DNA of 64,000 bases from a virus (lineage: Duplodnaviria > Caudoviricetes), in the IMG/VR virus record IMGVR_UViG_2706796489_000001, positions 17,542-81,541 of that record; one strand, 5' to 3'. A model generated the notes under the pieces. That model was not told where the DNA came from, ran no database searches, and worked only from the letters and a program-made list of their open reading frames with translations. The position numbers and the translations under genes are program-made. Shown here piece by piece: positions 46,165 to 55,604 of this stretch. How positions within the stretch are numbered: the stretch's first letter is position 1; each line of letters begins with the position of its first letter.

Positions 46165-47130
46165 TTAGTCTTCGTCGTCTTCGTCATCGTCGTCTTCCCC
46201 GATGAGTGCCGAGGGATAGTCGGCACGCGGCACTTCGCTCTGGTCATCGTAGTCCGGCGTGCCGTCGTTGATGTAGACCATCGCGGTCTTGAGCGCCTGC
46301 CGGCCTTCCAGGATCTCGGCTTCGCGCTCGACCCAGCGGTCAGGGTTGATCTCGTCCACGATGTGACGGCGCACCAGCGTGGACAGGTAGCGCGGCTCCA
46401 GCGCGTCCAGTTCCCAGGACGATTCACCGAATTGCTCGGCGTAGCTTTCGAACCGGGCATCGGTGGTCTTGGCCGGGTTCTCGGGCGGGTTTTGCTCTTC
46501 AACCTGTTCCATGTTCAGGGCCAGGCGGCGCAGCTCGAAGCGGTGGCCCGCGAAGGTCTCCAGACGCTCCAGCAGGTCGCGGGTCATGTCGATGCCGGAC
46601 GGGTCATGGTCGCCCAGGTGCAGCACCAGCGAGGACTTCCACTTCAGCGTGGTCTCCGCGAAGTCGCGCAGCACCGTGGACGACGGGTAGCCACGGGCGG
46701 CGAGGATCGGCACACCGAACTGGTGGCACACGTCAGCGAGCACGCCGACCAGTGCTTCCTTCTCGATGATGACGAACACGCGGCGGTCTTGGTTGCGCCA
46801 CATGTCCATGTAGAACTGGTTGGAGCAGGCTTCCACCATCTGGGACGGCGTGGTCCAGGTGCCGCGACGGTCGAATGCACGGGTGCGGTCTTCGAACCAG
46901 TCCCAGTCGAGCAGGCCGGCCATCTTGGCGTCGTTGATCAGGCCGGCCACGCGCTTGTAGCTCTTCATCGTGTTCTCGACGTGAGCGCGGGCGACCAGTT
47001 GGTAGTAGGCTTGGCGAGTGGTGAGGATCAGGCCCATGGCCGCGTACTCTTCACCGATGCCGTGGATAATCGCAATCAGCTCCATCGAGCTGCGATTGAA
47101 CCGCTTGTTGATGTAGGCTTGCTTCATCAT
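46165..47130 (-). CDS. TOPRIM-domain protein (Topo VI-A/Spo11-like architecture)
   Basis: TTRQAYYQLV winged-helix Tyr, IEKEAL, RGYPS, LGDHDPSG DxD motif. Confidence 0.8.
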   Translation of the reverse strand: MMKQAYINKRFNRSSMELIAIIHGIGEEYAAMGLILTTRQAYYQLVARAHVENTMKSYKRVAGLINDAKMAGLLDWDWFEDRTRAFDRRGTWTTPSQMVEACSNQFYMDMWRNQDRRVFVIIEKEALVGVLADVCHQFGVPILAARGYPSSTVLRDFAETTLKWKSSLVLHLGDHDPSGIDMTRDLLERLETFAGHRFELRRLALNMEQVEEQNPPENPAKTTDARFESYAEQFGESSWELDALEPRYLSTLVRRHIVDEINPDRWVEREAEILEGRQALKTAMVYINDGTPDYDDQSEVPRADYPSALIGEDDDDEDDED

Positions 47131-47143
47131 GATTCCTTTCAGG

Positions 47144-47175
47144 AAAAGAGCCACGGTGCTCTCGCACCGTGGCTC
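47144..47175 (-). terminator. Intrinsic terminator
   Basis: GAGCCACGGTGC-GAGA-GCACCGTGGCTC-TTTT. Confidence 0.8.
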
Positions 47176-47204
47176 ACTTCATCTACCCGGCCCAGGGCGG
47201 ATGA

Positions 47205-47720
47205 TTACTTGGCGGCGTCTTCGCCGTTGATCGACTTGAGCAGCAGCGGGTCCAGCTTGAAGAAGGTGGACAGGTGCGTCAGCAGCGCGTTGCCGTTGGC
47301 TTCGATGTTGGCCAGCAGCTCTTCACGCGAGGCCAGCAGCTCGGTCTTGGCCGGCTGGGCTTCGACGGCCGGCTCGGTCACGACGCCATCGACCAGCACG
47401 GCGTCCTTGCCTTCCACGGCGTCGGCCAGGATGGTCGGCTGGATGCCGGCCAGCAGCAGGTCCAGCACCTGGCCGAGGCCGGTGGCGCGGATCAGGCGGG
47501 CTTGTTCGCGCTGTTGCTGCATCTTGGCGAAGGCTTCTTCTTGGGCCTGCGACCATTCGGCCGTGGGCTTCGGAGCGCCGCGCAGGGCGCGGGGAGTCTT
47601 GCCGTCGTTGCCGCCCTTACCCTTGGCGCCGTTGGTCTTGGCGTTGTCGCCGGAAGCGGCGGCGTTGCTCTTACCCTTGGCGTTGGTCTTTTCGGTGGTG
47701 GCGTTGGCGGGATTCGTCAT
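47205..47720 (-). CDS. Hypothetical protein, Lys/Gly/Asn-rich N-terminus
   Basis: SD AAGGA; strongly biased codons. Confidence 0.75.
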   Translation of the reverse strand: MTNPANATTEKTNAKGKSNAAASGDNAKTNGAKGKGGNDGKTPRALRGAPKPTAEWSQAQEEAFAKMQQQREQARLIRATGLGQVLDLLLAGIQPTILADAVEGKDAVLVDGVVTEPAVEAQPAKTELLASREELLANIEANGNALLTHLSTFFKLDPLLLKSINGEDAAK

Positions 47721-47795
47721 GATGAGGGTTCCTTAAAAGGGAAGTGGTGGTGGTGGTGCAGAAAGATGGCCGGATGGCCGAGAAAAACTTGGGGT

Positions 47796-48476
47796 TTACT
47801 TCTCGCTGTAGCGGCGAGCGTGGTTCGTCACCAGACCGAGTTCGATCATGGCGTCGAGGGCGCGCTGGGCGGCAGCGTAGCTGAAGGAGCCGGACGGGCT
47901 GTTCATGGCCAGGTGGATACGGCGCACGGCGCTGGAGCGGTTGATGTGGTGGTCACGCCCCTTGCCCAGGATGGTGTCTTCGGCGTGAACCGAGCCGACC
48001 GCTTGCAGCGCAGCCTGCGGACCCAGGGCTTGGATGAAGGCGTTGGCGTTGGCCATCAGCGCGCTCACCAGTTGTTGGACGTGGGCGACTTGATGGTCTT
48101 CGCCCACGGCTTCGATCACCAGGTGGGAGAGGGCGTTGTAGCGGCGTTCGATCTCGGCCTTGGCGGCTTCGTCGGAGTTCTTCTTGCGTTGGAGCAGGCC
48201 GTCCAGCATGGACTGGTCAGCGCTGGTCCATTCGAGGTTCGTGTTCATCGTTTCGGGTTCCAGGTTCGGCGTCAGGTTCGTATGGCGCATCCACCACTCG
48301 ACATTGTGGCTACGATGCAGGCGAGATTGGATCGCACCCGTGGTCCGCAGCAGGCAGCGGGCGATCTGGGAGATCGTCATGCCGCCTTGCCACATTTCCA
48401 TCAGGTGCGAGTCCTCTGCTACGCCCCAGGCCTGGCCCGCCCTGCGCTTGTCGGGAGTGGGCTGGCAACGGGGCAT
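47796..48476 (-). CDS. Hypothetical protein with N-terminal Myb/GcrA-like HTH
   Basis: W...EDSHLMEMW..GMTISQIARCLLRTTGAIQSRL; a possible internal start at 48248. Confidence 0.55.
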   Translation of the reverse strand: MPRCQPTPDKRRAGQAWGVAEDSHLMEMWQGGMTISQIARCLLRTTGAIQSRLHRSHNVEWWMRHTNLTPNLEPETMNTNLEWTSADQSMLDGLLQRKKNSDEAAKAEIERRYNALSHLVIEAVGEDHQVAHVQQLVSALMANANAFIQALGPQAALQAVGSVHAEDTILGKGRDHHINRSSAVRRIHLAMNSPSGSFSYAAAQRALDAMIELGLVTNHARRYSEK

Positions 48477-48478
48477 GG

Positions 48479-48709
48479 TCAGATCTTCCGGTTGGTCGCC
48501 ACCACGTTGGCGTAGGCACGGCCACGGCCGGTGTTGCCGCGCATTTCGTGCGCGACCTTGTTGTCTTCGAACTTGCGCTGGATGTGGTGGCGCAGCTCGA
48601 TGCCGTCCCATTCTTCGGGCATGTGATCGACAGCGGCCAGCATCTGCTTTTTCACGCTGTCCATCAGGTCGGTGATGAACTTCTTCTTTTGGACCTTATT
48701 CAGAGCCAT
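48479..48709 (-). CDS. Hypothetical protein
   Basis: SD AAGGA. Confidence 0.7.
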   Translation of the reverse strand: MALNKVQKKKFITDLMDSVKKQMLAAVDHMPEEWDGIELRHHIQRKFEDNKVAHEMRGNTGRGRAYANVVATNRKI

Positions 48710-48749
48710 GGTTGTTCCTTGAAAGATGAATGATGAGGGGTAAATAGTA

Positions 48750-48762
48750 CACCAGTTTGGTG
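48750..48762. promoter_or_regulatory. Palindrome CACCA-GTT-TGGTG next to a TACTAT -10-like box
   Basis: Same CACCA-N3-TGGTG core as 38349-38361; intergenic. Confidence 0.35.
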
Positions 48763-48869
48763 AGGAAGATCTATTCTTCAATCAAAATATTTTCCGGTCC
48801 TCCATGAGTTGAGCATGGGGTAGAGGATAAGCCCTTGACAATCAAGGAACTACCCTCCTTATGGATGAC

Positions 48870-49298
48870 TTAGCCGTAGACGATGCGGCCAAAGAAGGCC
48901 GCTTGCAGGATGCTGTCGGCCGCGTCGGCGTCGATGGCGCCCGCGTCGTCGTTGATGATGGCTTGCAGGATCTCGGCGCGCAGCGATTCCCCGAGGTTGG
49001 CGTGGTCGGCCCCGTTGTCCATGGTGCCGGTCAGCAGCGCCGGCAGCGCGTTGCGCAGATCTTGCAGCGTGATCTTCTTGGTGGACTGGGCCTGGTCTTC
49101 GTCGCCCCAGTCTTCGACCACGACCGACAGGTAGTCGTTGTAGTCGTGATTGGGGTTCGGGATGCGCACGGCATCGCGGAAGGCGAACCAGTTGGAGGCG
49201 GGCGTTTCGATGGCCGTGAGGAACACGTCCTTCAGGAATTGCTCGGTGATTTCCAGAGCCAGGACGAGCTGGCCTTCAGCGTTGATTTCAGCTTTCAT
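48870..49298 (-). CDS. Hypothetical phage protein
   Basis: IDADAADSILQAAFFGRIVYG C-terminus. Confidence 0.75.
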   Translation of the reverse strand: MKAEINAEGQLVLALEITEQFLKDVFLTAIETPASNWFAFRDAVRIPNPNHDYNDYLSVVVEDWGDEDQAQSTKKITLQDLRNALPALLTGTMDNGADHANLGESLRAEILQAIINDDAGAIDADAADSILQAAFFGRIVYG

Positions 49299-50088
49299 TT
49301 TCGATCTTCCTTTCGAGTTCTTCGATCTTGAGGTGGGAGGCACGCGAGTCATCGCGTGCCTGTTTCAACTGTTCCTTGAGCACCGTCAACACGACGGAGC
49401 CGGTCGGATACACCGTGCTTACTTGCTTGATCGCGCTCACAAGCTGGCGGCGCTTGAGGCGGAATTCCTTGACGGCTTTCTTCTCGTCGCAGATCTCTTC
49501 CTTCATATCTTCGATGCGCCGTTCCTTCTGGTCTTTCTCATACCAGTCGCAGCTTTCTTCTGCCCACATCCGCGCCAGCTCGTCAGCAGCGCGGGCCGCG
49601 TCCTTTTCATCGTCGTAGACCTCACGAGGCCACATGAGGATTTCGCTGTTCTCCGACTGGTACAGCGCCGGGAAGCAGCGCTTGACGCCGTTCTTGGTGG
49701 CCGGCATCTGGAGCACGAAGCCACGGGCCGACCCTTGGAAGTCTCCTTGCTCATTGTCCATGTACCAGCCGGTGTGATTGATGGAGCCGACCAGCTCGTC
49801 GCTCCAGCCGGTGAAGCGAAAGCCCGTGTCGCGCACTTCCCCGTTGAAGATGGAGAGATTGGTGAAGGCGTATACATAGGGCGTGTCGTTGAAGAAACCG
49901 CTACGGCGCTCGGGGTTGTGGGTTTCCCAACCAAGGGTGCGGCTCATCACGGTCCACGGGTTGTCGTGAAAGCCACGCCAGGTGGCGAACTTTCCATGGC
50001 GCATGCCACTGGTGGCGAATTGCTTGCGCAGTTCCTCCAATCGGATCTTGGCGGATTTCGGGCGCGGGGCGGGGATGTAGCTGGGCAT
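49288..50088 (-). CDS. Hypothetical protein with C-terminal coiled coil
   Basis: SD AAGGA with CAGCACACA leader. Confidence 0.75.
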   Translation of the reverse strand: MPSYIPAPRPKSAKIRLEELRKQFATSGMRHGKFATWRGFHDNPWTVMSRTLGWETHNPERRSGFFNDTPYVYAFTNLSIFNGEVRDTGFRFTGWSDELVGSINHTGWYMDNEQGDFQGSARGFVLQMPATKNGVKRCFPALYQSENSEILMWPREVYDDEKDAARAADELARMWAEESCDWYEKDQKERRIEDMKEEICDEKKAVKEFRLKRRQLVSAIKQVSTVYPTGSVVLTVLKEQLKQARDDSRASHLKIEELERKIENES

Positions 50089-50122
50089 GATGTGTCCTTC
50101 GTCTGTGTGCTGTGTGAGGGGA

Positions 50123-50293
50123 TTACTTGCGGGCAGCGATGGGGATGCTCAGATGTTTCTCCCCGTGGGTGAAGATCAACCCCGTGCCATCGGGGCGCAT
50201 GCTGACATGAACGAGCGCCATGTGGTGAAAGCTCAGTTCGAAGTATTTCAGCGCCTTCTTCAACTCTTCGTAGAGTTCTTCAGCTGTCATCAT
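50123..50293 (-). CDS. Hypothetical protein
   Basis: MMTAEELYEE start; SD GAGG. Confidence 0.55.
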   Translation of the reverse strand: MMTAEELYEELKKALKYFELSFHHMALVHVSMRPDGTGLIFTHGEKHLSIPIAARK

Positions 50294-50673
50294 TTCCTCA
50301 CGTCGATGGTGACTTCCACCCGGCCTTCCGGGGTGTTCACGAAATTCCTGGGCCGGCCCTTGTTGTTGGCGTAGAGACGCAACCACCGGCCGTTGACCAG
50401 CAGCTTCCAGTGAGTCGGCGTGACACCACCCTTGGTCTCGCACAGCGATTCCTGGTAGATAGCCGGCGCCTTCTTGGTCAAGAACGGACCTTCACCCTTG
50501 CCGTACTGGAGATAGCAACCCAGAGTCTGGGTCGCCAGCTCTTCCTGGATCATCCTTTTCATGCCGTCCAGCGTGTCGGAACGCAGCTTGCTTTCTCCAA
50601 TGCACGCCAGCCATCGCATACCCATCGTGTTAGGTCCGTGGGGTTCGATGTCAACCCCGAAGTGGGTTCTCAT
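50290..50673 (-). CDS. Hypothetical protein
   Basis: ATGA coupling. Confidence 0.65.
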   Translation of the reverse strand: MRTHFGVDIEPHGPNTMGMRWLACIGESKLRSDTLDGMKRMIQEELATQTLGCYLQYGKGEGPFLTKKAPAIYQESLCETKGGVTPTHWKLLVNGRWLRLYANNKGRPRNFVNTPEGRVEVTIDVRK

Positions 50674-50996
50674 AGCCAGTCCTTGTGTGCGTCCCAGCCA
50701 GCGCCTTCCGGGTCAACGTCGTCGTCCCGGCCGCGCAGCTCGTTGTTGGTGTCGAAGGCCAGCTGCGCTTCCGCAGCGGTCAAGACACGGGGGTTTTGGA
50801 ACTTCAACTTGCCGGCGATGCCGTCCGCAACGTGGCGGACACGAACACGCAGCACGTTGTGGTCCAGGATCTCGGTCCAGAAGTTCGAACCGTGGCGGAC
50901 CTTGTTGCGATCCAGCATGAACAACGTGACACGAGGGTCATCACGCTTGTTGCAGGCGATGACGAATTGGCCGTGGGTATCAGTCGCGGTTTTCAT
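50670..50996 (-). CDS. Hypothetical protein
   Basis: MKTATDTHG start; coupled. Confidence 0.55.
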   Translation of the reverse strand: MKTATDTHGQFVIACNKRDDPRVTLFMLDRNKVRHGSNFWTEILDHNVLRVRVRHVADGIAGKLKFQNPRVLTAAEAQLAFDTNNELRGRDDDVDPEGAGWDAHKDWL

Positions 50997-51429
50997 AGAT
51001 GTACTTTTCCAGGCTGCGGTTGCCGCGCAGCGTTTCTTCAGGGGTGATGGGGTCGAACATGGTGGAGCAGGGTTCAGCCTTCGCGCCGATCTGCACCGTC
51101 CATCTTTCAGCGCATTCCATGCCGTAGTAGGCCAGGACGGCTTGAGCCATGGCGTGGCGGCGGGAAGCGGGCGTGAGCTTCTTGAACTCTTCTTCGTCCA
51201 GGCCGAAGCATTCACGAGCACGCTTCAACTCGTCCGGGCCTCGTTCCATGAACAAGGTGCCGCGCTCGACCCAGAACTGGTTGTCAGGACCACCAGCATC
51301 CGAGCACGGCGTGACGCGGATGATGCTCACGTAATGCGGCCAGCCTTCGAAGTCGTAGAAGCCGCCGCCTTGCGTCATGTCCACGTCGCCAAAGCGATGA
51401 GCGCGGAAGGTCTTGGTAGGTTGATACAT
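50980..51429 (-). CDS. Hypothetical protein
   Basis: Preceded by palindrome, leader motif and SD. Confidence 0.75.
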   Translation of the reverse strand: MYQPTKTFRAHRFGDVDMTQGGGFYDFEGWPHYVSIIRVTPCSDAGGPDNQFWVERGTLFMERGPDELKRARECFGLDEEEFKKLTPASRRHAMAQAVLAYYGMECAERWTVQIGAKAEPCSTMFDPITPEETLRGNRSLEKYIYENRD

Positions 51430-51453
51430 GGTGTACCTCGTCTGTGTGCTGAA

Positions 51454-51468
51454 GGTTCGTTACGAACC
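51454..51468. repeat. Palindrome copy 1, GGTTCGT-T-ACGAACC
   Basis: 24 nt upstream of ATG 51429. Confidence 0.9.
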
Positions 51469-51473
51469 GTTGG

Positions 51474-51749
51474 TTACTCAGCGGCGGTTTCCAGCGTGGT
51501 GTTGGCCTGGTCCAGCGCGCTCATGACTTCATCCAGCGCGTCAACGGCTTCTCGCATGGAGTCCACTGCGGCCTGCGCCTTCTGACCCTTCTCACCGTCC
51601 TGGATCGACTCGGGCATGTTGTCGAAAGCGTCTTGCTCATCGGCAAGTGGCCCGCTTTCCAGCTCGTCCTTGAGTTCTTCGGCGGAAGCCTTGAGCGCTT
51701 CGATGCGCTCACGCAGGGCTTCCAGCTGCTTGCGGCGGTCCTTGTTCAT
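51474..51749 (-). CDS. Acidic coiled-coil hypothetical phage protein
   Basis: MNKDRRKQL...EQDAFDNMPESIQDGEKG. Confidence 0.75.
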   Translation of the reverse strand: MNKDRRKQLEALRERIEALKASAEELKDELESGPLADEQDAFDNMPESIQDGEKGQKAQAAVDSMREAVDALDEVMSALDQANTTLETAAE

Positions 51750-51988
51750 GCTGCCACCGTGCCATCGTTCGAGTTGTGGTTGAACTGCACGCGGCGACCG
51801 CTGCCGGTCTTGACCGAGTGGACCTCGTTGAACGCGGTGCAAGCGTTGTCCCAGGCGGTCTTGGCCTTGTTCAGCGCTTCAGCGGCGCGGCGCAGGGATT
51901 CCTCGGCGTCGTTGTGCGCGATGATGGCCTGCTGGTAGTTGGCCAGCGCTTGCGTCTGGTTGGACAAGATCTGTTCTTTGTTGGTCAT
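51746..51988 (-). CDS. Hypothetical protein
   Basis: Leader motif and SD. Confidence 0.7.
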   Translation of the reverse strand: MTNKEQILSNQTQALANYQQAIIAHNDAEESLRRAAEALNKAKTAWDNACTAFNEVHSVKTGSGRRVQFNHNSNDGTVAA

Positions 51989-52023
51989 GATGGTCTTTCC
52001 GTTTGTGTGCTGCGGTTGGGGGA

Positions 52024-52200
52024 TTAGCCGATGACGATGTACACCGCGTCGGACTTGTTGAACAGCTTGCTACCCGTGCCTTCGTACAGATAGACATGGC
52101 GACCGTGCGTATCGCTTTCTTTCTGGAAGGTGTGGTCGTCGTGGAGGGGACGAAAGATCGTTCCTTCCTTCAGGTCTTCGAACGTGGTCAGCTCGCTCAT
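52024..52200 (-). CDS. Hypothetical protein
   Basis: MSELTTFEDL start; coupled. Confidence 0.6.
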   Translation of the reverse strand: MSELTTFEDLKEGTIFRPLHDDHTFQKESDTHGRHVYLYEGTGSKLFNKSDAVYIVIG

Positions 52201-52475
52201 GCTTTCTCCAGTTGCTCGCGGTGTTCGGTGAAGGTGGCCGACCAGCGCATGCCGTGGTCGGTGACGATGCCGAGGATCACGCAACCAGTTTCGGCAGCGA
52301 TCTCGTTCAGCACTTCCTGGTCCATGGGCCAGCTCGGGGTGTTGAGGTTCACTTTCTCAGCGACCGCATCAGCGATGATCTCGTTGATGCGGTCGATGAG
52401 CGTAGGCGCCCGGTGCTTGATGGCTTCCTTCAGGTTCACGAAGGAGACGTAGGGGCCGAGGTCGGGTGGCAACAT
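52197..52475 (-). CDS. Hypothetical protein
   Basis: MLPPDLG start. Confidence 0.55.
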   Translation of the reverse strand: MLPPDLGPYVSFVNLKEAIKHRAPTLIDRINEIIADAVAEKVNLNTPSWPMDQEVLNEIAAETGCVILGIVTDHGMRWSATFTEHREQLEKA

Positions 52476-52479
52476 GGCG

Positions 52480-52662
52480 TCAGGCGTCCAGCAGCTGGTT
52501 GGCCATGGCGCAATCGACCCAGGCCGCGCCGTCGGTGTTGAACGTCTGCGCGCTGCGCTCTTCGGGAAAGAGCACCTTGAACCAGAAGTAGCCTTGCGCC
52601 GAATCGGCCACCGCGTAGCCGGCCGCTTTGGCCAGCGATTTCGCATTGAGTTTTCCGCTCAT
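52480..52662 (-). CDS. Hypothetical protein
   Basis: SD AAGGA. Confidence 0.6.
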   Translation of the reverse strand: MSGKLNAKSLAKAAGYAVADSAQGYFWFKVLFPEERSAQTFNTDGAAWVDCAMANQLLDA

Positions 52663-52674
52663 GATGATGAGTCC

Positions 52675-52938
52675 TTAGTTGTTGACGACGAGCGTCAGAT
52701 ACTTGACCGTGGCTTTCGTCAGCGAAAGCTGGTTGGGGGAAGAAGACTTGCGAGCAGCATCAAAGCCCATTCGATAGGCGTCCTCCAGTTGCTGGCAGAT
52801 GCCAGACAGGTTGTGGTTCTGGCCGAAGGGGTTGCCCAGCTGCGCATCGTTCCAACCACGTTGGAAAGACAGGCAGCGGGCCGCTTCGGTGTTCGCGGGG
52901 TGCTCATCAGCCCCCGAGACGGCCGGCGCGGCGTCCAT
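52675..52938 (-). CDS. Hypothetical protein
   Basis: Operon spacing. Confidence 0.55.
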   Translation of the reverse strand: MDAAPAVSGADEHPANTEAARCLSFQRGWNDAQLGNPFGQNHNLSGICQQLEDAYRMGFDAARKSSSPNQLSLTKATVKYLTLVVNN

Positions 52939-52941
52939 GGC

Positions 52942-53646
52942 CTAGTGGAGCGTGCCGTTGCCGGCCACTCGGTTCGGCTCGATCACGGGCGGTGCGGCGT
53001 CGTCGGCCGCACGGGTGGCTTCCAGGCCCATGCCTTCGCGGATGGCCTCGTAGAGTTCCGTACCCGGCGCATACTGGTCCAGGCGGTCCAGGTCGGGCGA
53101 TCCGTCCGCCTTGAGGGGGATGATGGCCATGGCCTCGGAAACGCCGTCAGCGCCGTCCTGCGAGGCCGTGTTGGCCACGGCTCGTTCCATCGCCTGGCGC
53201 AGCACGTCACCGTCGGTGGCGAGGGCGGTGTAGCGCCGCATGCGCGCCTCCTGGTGGAGCATGTGGGACATCTCCATCAGCTGGTTCAGGTAGCTGAAGG
53301 TCAGCTCGGGCGTCGTGAGCTGCACGGGCATCCCGCTCAACGACACGGGCGTTCTGCCCAGGCTCAACAGCAGCGAGTCCGACACGTTCTGGATGGTGTC
53401 GGGGTTCTCGGCCAGGGTCTTGGTGGCCAGATCCACCACCATGTCCTTCAGGCCGGGGATGAGGTTCGGGTCGTCCTGCTGGTGTTCGGCCATCTTGGCC
53501 ATGACGAAATCGCGGATGACGTGTTGCAGCGCTTCCTTCTTCTGGCCGTAGTAGAAGCGCGCCGTGTTGTTGGTGGCGTTGTAGATCAGCGCCGCGCAGC
53601 AGGTCATGATGACTTGAACCGGGTGGGTCTTCAGGTTGGTTTCCAT
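52942..53646 (-). CDS. Hypothetical protein
   Basis: METNLKT start directly after palindrome. Confidence 0.7.
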   Translation of the reverse strand: METNLKTHPVQVIMTCCAALIYNATNNTARFYYGQKKEALQHVIRDFVMAKMAEHQQDDPNLIPGLKDMVVDLATKTLAENPDTIQNVSDSLLLSLGRTPVSLSGMPVQLTTPELTFSYLNQLMEMSHMLHQEARMRRYTALATDGDVLRQAMERAVANTASQDGADGVSEAMAIIPLKADGSPDLDRLDQYAPGTELYEAIREGMGLEATRAADDAAPPVIEPNRVAGNGTLH

Positions 53647-53659
53647 CTTTCTCTCTTTC

Positions 53660-53674
53660 GGTTCGTTACGAACC
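53660..53674. repeat. Palindrome copy 2
   Basis: Contains the TAA stop of 53666..54013; 13 nt upstream of ATG 53646. Confidence 0.9.
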
Positions 53675-54013
53675 AGTGCGGGGCTGAAGCCCCATGGTTT
53701 GGTATAGCTCGGCCAGGAGTTCAGGCGAGAGATCCAGCGATTCAATATCGCGGGAATACTTGTGACCTTCGCAGTTCACGTAGGCCTTCAACCGGACAGC
53801 CGTCCACTCGTAGCGGTGGCCCATGTCGATATCGAGGCCTTGTTCGAAGACGGCCTCGATCACCGGGGTCACGCGGTTGGTCGCTTCGAACTCTTTCTGC
53901 GCCACGTTGGACATGACGTAGTTGAAAGCCCCCACCCCGAAGACGACACGCTTTCCTTCGATCTCCCAGTGGCCACCGTTCCAACCATCGACGTGCTTCA
54001 GTTGCGTACTCAT
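53666..54013 (-). CDS. Hypothetical protein
   Basis: MSTQLKHVDG start; SD GGAGG. Confidence 0.65.
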   Translation of the reverse strand: MSTQLKHVDGWNGGHWEIEGKRVVFGVGAFNYVMSNVAQKEFEATNRVTPVIEAVFEQGLDIDMGHRYEWTAVRLKAYVNCEGHKYSRDIESLDLSPELLAELYQTMGLQPRTGS

Positions 54014-54015
54014 CT

Positions 54016-54990
54016 TTAGTCCTCCACGCTCCACTTGAACCCGCAAGCGTCCATGTCGGCCTTGAACTCCGCCATCAAGCCAGGCAGACGGGCGTTCAGC
54101 AGCGCCTCCAGCTCGGCACGCGGAAGGCACAGCTGTTCGTCGGTGACTTCGGGCCAGACGGCGCTGCTGCGCGCTGCCTTCAGGTCGCGTTCCTTGCCTT
54201 CCGAGAAGAGCGTCGGAATCTGTTCGAAGCGGATGTAGCCGCTGCGGTGATTGCGCAGGTTGGCCACATGGTCGTTCAGCGCCTTCGCCCAGGCCTCGGC
54301 CGTCATCGGATCGCTGAACGGGCAGGTGGCCCACTTGGCTGCATAGCCGACCAGGGTGTAGTTGTCGCTGTACTTGTGCGTGCCGGGTTCGTTGTTACGC
54401 TCATGCCCGATGGCCTCGACCTCGAACGGAGACCAGGCGGGGTTGGTCGTGGCCGTAGTCACCAGGAACTCGATGCGCGCCTTCATCCAGGCCAGGAACC
54501 TGCCGCTCTTGATCGGCACCGGGAACGGGCTATTGCCCATGTAGGCAACATCATCCCAGGCCCACGGCTCGCCCTTGAGCTTGCCGTTGTGGTCGCGGTT
54601 GCTGGCATGGTAGAGCACGTTGCCCGGGTAATGCATCGGACCATCGGTGCTCGTGAGGTGCCACTTGATCAGATGCGCGATCTCGGGGTAGTGCTTGGTG
54701 ATGTCCTCGTGGATGCTGCCGCAGGTTTCGACGCGATCCCCGTAGATCTTGATGTTCTGCGTGGGGTTGTAGATCGTGCCGGTGATGGCGAAGTCGTTGT
54801 GGCCGTTCTTGCAGTTGTCATCGAAGCGCACCGACACGTCGATGGTCTTCAAGACACCATCCTCGCGGAACCTGCGGCGGGCCGTGAACTTCTGGATATT
54901 GAACGTGCGGATACCGCGCCGGCCGATGGCCTTGTGTTCCACGGTTTCCAGTTCGCCTTCGATGCCCAAGAGGGTGTGCTTAACTTTCAT
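54016..54990 (-). CDS. Hypothetical phage protein
   Basis: RFDDNCKNGHNDFAITG...WHL.STDGPMHY; leader motif and SD. Confidence 0.8.
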   Translation of the reverse strand: MKVKHTLLGIEGELETVEHKAIGRRGIRTFNIQKFTARRRFREDGVLKTIDVSVRFDDNCKNGHNDFAITGTIYNPTQNIKIYGDRVETCGSIHEDITKHYPEIAHLIKWHLTSTDGPMHYPGNVLYHASNRDHNGKLKGEPWAWDDVAYMGNSPFPVPIKSGRFLAWMKARIEFLVTTATTNPAWSPFEVEAIGHERNNEPGTHKYSDNYTLVGYAAKWATCPFSDPMTAEAWAKALNDHVANLRNHRSGYIRFEQIPTLFSEGKERDLKAARSSAVWPEVTDEQLCLPRAELEALLNARLPGLMAEFKADMDACGFKWSVED

Positions 54991-55025
54991 GATGCTTCCT
55001 TCGTCTGTGTGCTGTGGATGATGGC

Positions 55026-55604
55026 TTACGCCTCGACTTCAACGTCCTGCGGCAAGTCGGTGAAGTAAGCGGGCGGCAGGCCGAACGCCTGGTGAAACCG
55101 TGCGCTGTCACGCACAAAGTTGTTCGGCAGCAGCGACAGATGGTGCTCGGGAACCGAGGTCTCGTTGGAGTTCGAAACAACCTGATAGGTCACTTCTTCC
55201 ACCTTCTCGCCGTCGCCGTTGTAGGTGCTGACAACCTGCACGCTCTGGATGAGGCACAGGACCGCTTGACGGTACACCAGCGTTCCTGCGGCGTACTTTC
55301 CGGGCGGCGCGTTCTCCAGGTATTCCTGGATCTCACGATCATGGTAGGTGCATTCCTGCACCAAGGCCTCTGGCAGCTGGATCACCGACTTGAGGTGGAC
55401 CCTGCCGCTTTGGCCGGCGATGAGGCGCAGCATCGGCAGGTTGTACAGGCTGCTGAAGGAGCTGTAACCCGACGACAGCGAGTGGATGCGGCGCGCCATG
55501 TTGATGTCGGACGTGGGTTCGCCGGAGTTGTCATCCGCCTTCCAGAGGATGATGCCGTTGGCGGCGATGCCGTCGGCCATGATGAGCGGGGAGTTGTTAG
55601 CCAT
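55026..55604 (-). CDS. Hypothetical protein
   Basis: MANNSPL start; SD AAGGAG. Confidence 0.65.
   Translation of the reverse strand: MANNSPLIMADGIAANGIILWKADDNSGEPTSDINMARRIHSLSSGYSSFSSLYNLPMLRLIAGQSGRVHLKSVIQLPEALVQECTYHDREIQEYLENAPPGKYAAGTLVYRQAVLCLIQSVQVVSTYNGDGEKVEEVTYQVVSNSNETSVPEHHLSLLPNNFVRDSARFHQAFGLPPAYFTDLPQDVEVEA

Noticed and set aside
48835-48840. Perfect TTGACA hexamers (48835 +, 63990-63995 -) as sigma70 promoters
   Set aside because: No acceptable -10 hexamer at 16-18 nt spacing
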